Source of the DNA: the human T2T-CHM13v2.0 reference genome, Homo sapiens
Assembly (NCBI RefSeq): GCF_009914755.1
Contig: NC_060930.1
DNA length: 64,000 bases
Strand: one strand, 5' to 3'
How positions within the stretch are numbered: position 1 is the first letter of the stretch; each line of letters opens with the position of its first letter. Under the pieces are notes generated by a model that was given only the letters and a program-made list of their open reading frames with translations, was not told the DNA's origin and searched no databases. The translations under genes and the position numbers were made by a program. Below are positions 55,630-64,000 of this stretch, in pieces.

Positions 55630-55800
55630 TTGTATGTATCTAAGTATGTTTGTATATACATATTGTACACATTTCTATATATGAAGGTATTCATAATATA
55701 TAAGCATACGTATACATATATTTGAATGTAAATATGTGTGTATATATACACATATGCATACATATATGTGTGCTTATATATACTTACACATACACACACG
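55630..55800. repeat. TA/TG-rich low-complexity repeat
   Basis: Direct. Confidence 0.8.
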
Positions 55801-57554
55801 GACTTATTTTTCTATGTAATCATGATACATTTTGGAGAAGTGTGGTAAGTTAAAAGTAAAATATTATAGAATATTAAAAAATAATTAAAAGTAAATTTAA
55901 GTATTTTACCCAATTTCTTTAAGCACATTAAAGTATACTTCATAAAAAACATAGCAAAATTTCATCACCCTATCCTCTCCTCTCAAAATTAGTAGAATCC
56001 CTAAATTACTCTTGAGATCTTCATAGATAGAGTAGGAAATAATGAACTTAACCACTTTAACCAATTAAAAGGAAAAATACAATCAATTCAACTATCATAG
56101 AAAATATCCTTTGATAAAGTTCTATACAGATCTTGGTATAAAATGTTTGGATTACTAGAAACAATATATATATTTTTTTACTTGACAAACTGCATCAACT
56201 AAAACTTAACATTGCTTCAGAAATAAAATGATAGAACTAATCTCATTAAGTTAAAGAGTACAATAAACTGACCTAGAATCACTATTTCTCTCTGCATCAT
56301 CTAGGAGATCCTAGGCACCCAAAATTAAAAGAAATTAGCAAGATCTGATTATCCAGTGATGTATTAGAGTCTGTTGAAATGGGTTAACATTAATAAATGA
56401 AAAGAATATGTTTATCTGAAGTACCGTCTTATTTCTGGTCAGAAAATGAGCAAATCACGTAGGTGCTTACACTTGCTAAATTGGACACCACAGACCAAAG
56501 CTGGAACATAAATCTAGTAGAACAAAATGTCAATATTCATTATTGGTTATAGCTTAATATAGAAGTACAGACACCCACTGATTTTACTCTCTGCACCAGC
56601 ACATCCTCAACAAAGAATTCAGGGCACACTGTCACATTGGAGGATATAGCCATTGAAGTTGTGAGCAATACCTATGACTCAGCGGAGAGTTGAAGATTTG
56701 AGGAGCTTTCTTTTGGGAGAACCAGAGCTATATGAAATGAAAGGAGAAATAAAAATGTCACTGCAGAAGGAAGAATTAGAATCTTTATTCTAGGATTGGC
56801 AGACTGTATCAGTAATTCATGAATATTGTTTGGGAGATGTGTGTGCTTCCAGTCTGAGCCAGCTGGGAAATCATCTGGGTTTTTCTAAAGAATACTGTCC
56901 CATTGTCCTCAGAGTGAATCATGAGGACTCTGAGTTCTTAGAGAGGAAAGGAGATTAAACAGCATTAGGATGACATAAATTTTGTTTGAGAATATAGAAA
57001 TATTATTAATTCCAAAGTTATTAACACTGTCCAATACATTAAGAATAAAACTTGTTCAATATGATAAATTATTGATAAATATTCGTATGAGAAATAAGTC
57101 AGACAACTAGAGATAATATATGTAGGTTGTTGTTTGTTGGTCAAAATTGTGAACACTTGTTAGGATGGATAGCTTTATTTGGTGTTCTCAGGACATCCCT
57201 ATGGGGATTAGAAAGTCTACATTTTGAAGAGGTGGTAAAATTAAAAAAATTCTTCTTTCATGATAGATTTCTCATCTGCAGGGTATTAGCGAACGTGCTT
57301 TAGATTGGAAAGATGATACACACATGCATACACACACATGCTTTCAACTTCACAGACTCAAATGATTTCACAAACTGAAAATTTGTAGTACTCTAATAAT
57401 GTTTTAGGAAAACTGCATTCTAAAGAAAACAAAACAAATAAATCAATATGTTGCTTGGGTCATAATTACGATGCTTGTCAATTATAAATTCCTGACCTCC
57501 ATAAATGTCCATTTTTGGTTAATGGACATAGACTCATAAAGGAATTATGTCACT

Positions 57555-58078
<524 letters not shown>

Positions 58079-58721
58079 TTCTCCACATCTTTGCCAACAC
58101 TTGTGTTATCTCTTATCTTTTTTGATAGTAGCCATCATCTCGGGTATGAAGTGTTATCTCATTGTGGTTTTGATTTGCATTACCCTGATGATGAGTCAGA
58201 CAAAAAAAGACTAATATTGCAGAATCTCATTTATATGTGGAATCTTAAAAAGTTAAACTTATAGAAGTAGACAGCAGAATGGTGGTTACTAGGGGCATGG
58301 ACATATAAAAAAGAGGGTGGTGTCAGTCAAATGGTATAAATTGCAGTTATAACACCAAAAGCTCAGAGTGTCTGGGTGCTTTCTTGCATCTGAGTACTTT
58401 CCTGGTGGCCTGAGAGCATTTCAGATCTCCTAGTGTACCCAGAAGCCAACCCAAGGATCTGGAGAATGGAACCACAAGCCAGTCCTGTTGTCCCAGGAAT
58501 TCAGCATGCAGCTTGGGAGTGCCGAGCCAAGATCTGTGGCCATTACTCAAGCAGGGGAGGAGCCTACACTCAGAATAGGTGGGGATTGATGGGGTGGCAC
58601 AGGAAATAGTTATGTCCCCCTTGACCGGGCCAGTTCAAAAAGTGTGTGGCTTATCCCCATAATACAGCATCTGCCCAAAGGAGCCCCACAGTCCAGAACA
58701 TCTAATAAAAGAAACAGAGGC

Positions 58722-59210
<489 letters not shown>

Positions 59211-61439
59211 TCATTTAGTGGATCACAGCCCAAACTAAAACATCAAATATCTTTTGCTAATATACTTCCCCGTGAAACCAAGAGCAAGAACTCAGTCACA
59301 AATAAAGACCTTGTACGGAGGTCTGGCCCTCTGAAAACACCCAAAAAGAAAAGCCAACTGACCGTACTCAACTTAGTCACCTTTAAAAGAACACCAGCCC
59401 TCTCAGAGGAGAAAGAATCAGCACAAGTACTCTGGCAATTTAAAAAGCCAGAGTGTGTACTTACTTCCAAAGGAGTCCACTAGCTCCCCGGTAATGGTTC
59501 TTAACCAGTCTGAAATGACTGAGATGACGGACGTAGAATTCAGAATTTGTATAGCAAGAAAGCACATCAAGACTTAGGATAAAATTAAAACCCAATCCAA
59601 GGAATGCAAGGAATATAGTAAAATGATGGAAGGACTGAAAGATTAGTAACTTTTAAAAGAAAGAACCACACTGAAATTCTAGAGCTCAAAAACTCACTAC
59701 AAGATATATAATCGGAAGTATTAACAGCAAAATGGACCAAGGTGAGGAAAGAATCTCAGAGCTCAGTAACTGGTCCTTTAAACCAGGCTTAATTAGACAA
59801 AAAATAAATACAAAGTAAGTTTAAAATGAACAAAACCTTAGAGAAATATGGGATTCTATAAGGAGATCAAATATATGACTCATTGCAATTCCTGGGAGAA
59901 AAGGAGAAAGAATGAAAGACTTGTAAAATACACTTGAGGACACAGGCCATGAAAATTTTCTTAATCTTGCTAGTGAAATTGACTTGCAAATTCAAGAAAT
60001 AGAGAGCATTCTGGCCAGATGCTGTAAAAGTCAACCATCCCCAAGGCTCAAAATTAGATTCACCAAGGTCAACACAGAAGGAAAAATCTTAAAGGCTGCC
60101 AGAAAGAAGAGTCAGGTCATATATATTATATACAGACAGAACCCCATCAGGCTGGCAATGGACCTCTCAGTAGAAGTTTTACAAACCAGAAGAGATTGGG
60201 CTTAGTTTCAGCAACTTAAAAAAAGGAAATGCCAATGAAGACTTTCATATCCCACCAAACTAAACTTCATCAATGGAGAAATAAAATTCTTCTCAGAAAA
60301 GCAAATACTGAGGAAATTTGTTTCCATTAGACCAGCCTTACAAGAGGGCGTTAAGGAAATGCTGAACGTGAAATTGAAAAATGACACCTGCTACTGCAAA
60401 AACACACTTAAGCACATAGCCCGCAGACACTGTAAAGCAACTACATGTTCAAGTCTACATCACACTTAGCTAACATGATGAAAGGATCAAAATCTCACAT
60501 ATCAATACTAACCTTGAGTTTAAATGGATTAAACACCCCACTTAAAAGACACAGAGTGGCAGGCAGGATAAAAAGACAAGAATTAACTGCCTTTTGTCTT
60601 CAAGAGACCTATAATGAAATCCACAAGCTCAAAGCAAAATGATAGAGAATGATCTACCAAGCAAAAGGACAACAACAAAAAAGAGCAAGAATCACTATTC
60701 TTGTATCAGATAAAACAGACTTAAAACCAATAATAATTAAGAAAGGCGTTATGTAATGATAAAGGATATAATCCAACAAGAAGACATAACTAACTGTCTT
60801 AAATATATATGCAACCAACATTGGAGCACCCAGATTGATAAAACAAGTTCCTCTTTATCTACCAAAAGACTTATTTAGCCACACATTCATAGTGGAAGAC
60901 ATCAACACCCCAGTGACAGCATTAGACAGATTATCAAAGCAGAACTCTAACAAAGAAACTTAACTTTGACACTTGACTTAAACTTGACACTAGACCAAAT
61001 GTATCTAATAGGCATCCAAAGAACACTCCACCCAGCAACCACAGAATATACATTCTTCTGACCTTCACACAGAACATGTTCTAATATTGACCACATGGTC
61101 AGTCATAAAGCAAGTCTCAATAAATTCAAAGAATTAGATATCATACCAAGCACACTTTCAGAACAGAATGCAGTAAAAAAAAGAAGTGAATATCAATAAA
61201 ATCTCTCAAAATTACACAAATACATTAAAATTAAACAATTTACTCCTGAATAACTAACTCTTCAGGGAACATCAAAATTAAGGCAGAAATAAAAAATTCA
61301 TTGGAATTAATGAAAATAAGGACAAAACTTATCAAAATCTCTGGGATGTAGCTAAAGCAGTGGTAAGAGAAAAGCTTATAGCCCTAAACACCTTCATCAA
61401 GAAGTTAGAAAGATCTCAAATTATCAGTAAAAATAACTA

Positions 61440-61766
<327 letters not shown>

Positions 61767-64000
61767 TCAAAAATCCATACAAAAGATACATGAAACCAAG
61801 AGTTGGTTATTCAAACAAATAAGATTGATAGAGCACTATCTGAATTAACAACAACAGCACAAGAAGAAAATCCCATCAGAAATTAGAAAGAAAATATTAC
61901 AAATGATTTTTCAGAAATACAAAACATCTCAGACTACTATGAACAACTCTGCACAAAAATTACAAAATCTGGAGACAATATATATATATTTCTGGAAACA
62001 GATAATACCTCAGAATTGAACTAGGAAAAAAATAAAATCCTGAATAGACCAATATCAAGTTCTGAAATTGTATCAGTAACAAAAAACCTACCAACCAAAA
62101 AAAGCCCTGGACCAGATGGATTTACAGTCAAATTCTCTCATATGTATAAAAAAGAACTGACATCAATCCTACTGAAACTATTCCAAAAAATTGAGGGAGA
62201 CTCCTTCCTAACTAATTTTATGAAACAAGCATCAACCTGATACCACAATCTGGCAGAGACACAGTGAAAAAAAAAGTCAAAAACAAAACTTCCCGCCAGT
62301 ATCCCTGATGAACATAGCCATAAAAATACTCAACAAAATACTAGCATACTGTATCCAGCAGCACATCAAAAAATTAATTCACCATGATCAAGAAGGTTTT
62401 ATTCCTGTGATGCAAAGTTGTTTCAACCCATACAAATCTATAAATATGATTCACCACATAAACAGAATTAGACAGTAAAACCATATGATTATTTCAACAG
62501 ATATAAAAAAAAGACTTTGATAAAATCCAACAGCCCTCCATGATAAAAAACTCTCAACAGAGTTGGCATCACAAAACATAGGTCAAAATAATAAAAGCCA
62601 TCTATGGTAAACTCACAGCCAACATCATACCAAATAGGCCAAAGCTGGAGCCATTCCCCTTAAGAACTGCAAGACAAAGGTGCCCACTCTCACCACTCCT
62701 ATTCAACATATACTAGAAGTTCTAGTCAGAGTAATAAAGTGAAAGAAAAAAATGAAAGGCATCCATATAGAAAAAGAAGATGACACTAATAAATGGAAAA
62801 GCATTACATGCTCATGGATAGGAAGAATCAATATCATAAAAATAGCCATAATGCCCAAAGCAATTTAAAGATTCGACACTATTCCTAGCAAACTACCAAT
62901 GTCATATGGAACCTAAAAAGATCCTAAATAACCAGTGCAATTCTAAGTAAATAGAACAAATCCAGAGACATTGTACTACCAAAGTTCAAACTATACTGTA
63001 AGGCCACAGTCACAAAAATAGCATGATACTTGTACAAAAACACACATGTAGATCAATGGTACAGAACAAAAAACCAGGAAATAAAGACTCACACTCACAA
63101 TCACCTGATCTTCAACAAGGTGGACAATAATAAGCAATTGGGATAGGACTACCTATTTAATAAGTAGTGCTGGGATAGTTGGCTAGTCACATACAGAAGA
63201 ATGAATCTGGACCCCTAACTTTCACCGTATACAAAGCTAACTCAAGATCGATTAAAGCTTTTAAAATAAGTCCTCAAACTAAAATCCTAGAAGAAAACCT
63301 AGAAAATACCCTTCTTGATGTTGGCCATGGCCAACAATTTTTGGCTAAGTCCCCAAAAGCAATTTCAACAAAAACAGAAATTGACAGGTGTGATGTAAAC
63401 TAAATTGCTTCTGCACAGAAAAATAAACTATTTACAAAGTAGACAACCTATAGAGTGGGAGAAAATATTCGCAAATATATACCAATCACCTTGTATCTGA
63501 CAAAAGTCTGATATCCAGAATCTATAATGAACTTAAACAAATCAAGAAACAAAAAAAATCTCATTAATAAATAGGCAACAGACGTTAACAGACACTTCTG
63601 AATAGAAGACATACAAGTGGCTGAAAAGTTCAACATCACTAATCATCAAAGAAATGCAAATCTATACCACAATGAGATACTATCTCATGCCACTCACAAT
63701 GGCTATTACTAAAAAGTAAAAAAAAAAAAAATAATAATAACAGATGCCAGCAAAGCTGTGGAGAATAGGGAATGCGTATACACTGTTGCTGGGTATATGA
63801 ATTAGTTCAGCCACTGTGGAAAGTAGTTTGGAGATTTCTCAAAGAACTTATCATAGAGCTACAATTTGTCCCAGCAACCCTATCATTGCATATATGCCCA
63901 AAGGAAACATAGATCATTCTACCACATGGACACATGTACCTAAATGTTCATCATCATGCTGTTCACTACAGCAAAGACATGGAATCAACTGAGGTGCTCA

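Overview
Primate (human-like) genomic DNA with no supportable protein-coding gene; the long ORFs in the track trace to Alu, L1, LTR or simple-repeat sequence and the rest lack coding evidence. The left ~39 kb is a nested tandem array of an ancient tRNA module (flank A - tRNA-Ala - tRNA-Val - flank B - flank D - tRNA-Met) present in about seven complete or partial copies of at least two ages. It holds four intact-looking tRNA-Ala(AGC) genes and one tRNA-Met(CAT) gene, all on the minus strand. It also holds decayed Ala, Met, four Val and one His tRNA relics and two CpG-rich islands. The array ends abruptly at a ~1 kb alternating purine-pyrimidine tract (~38.9 kb). The right ~25 kb is transposon-dense single-copy DNA (MLT2A, LTR8, THE1, MST provirus, Alus, a young L1PA2-like 3' end, a twin-primed inverted L1PA, a long L1PB-like element). 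From memory, the tRNA content and order resemble the duplicated human chr6 tRNA clusters (6p22.2 or its 6p11 paralog); this needs a BLAT search. Repeat subfamily calls are by eye and boundaries are approximate. I found no new protein system; the most interesting signal is the hidden module architecture and its differential tRNA and CpG decay.
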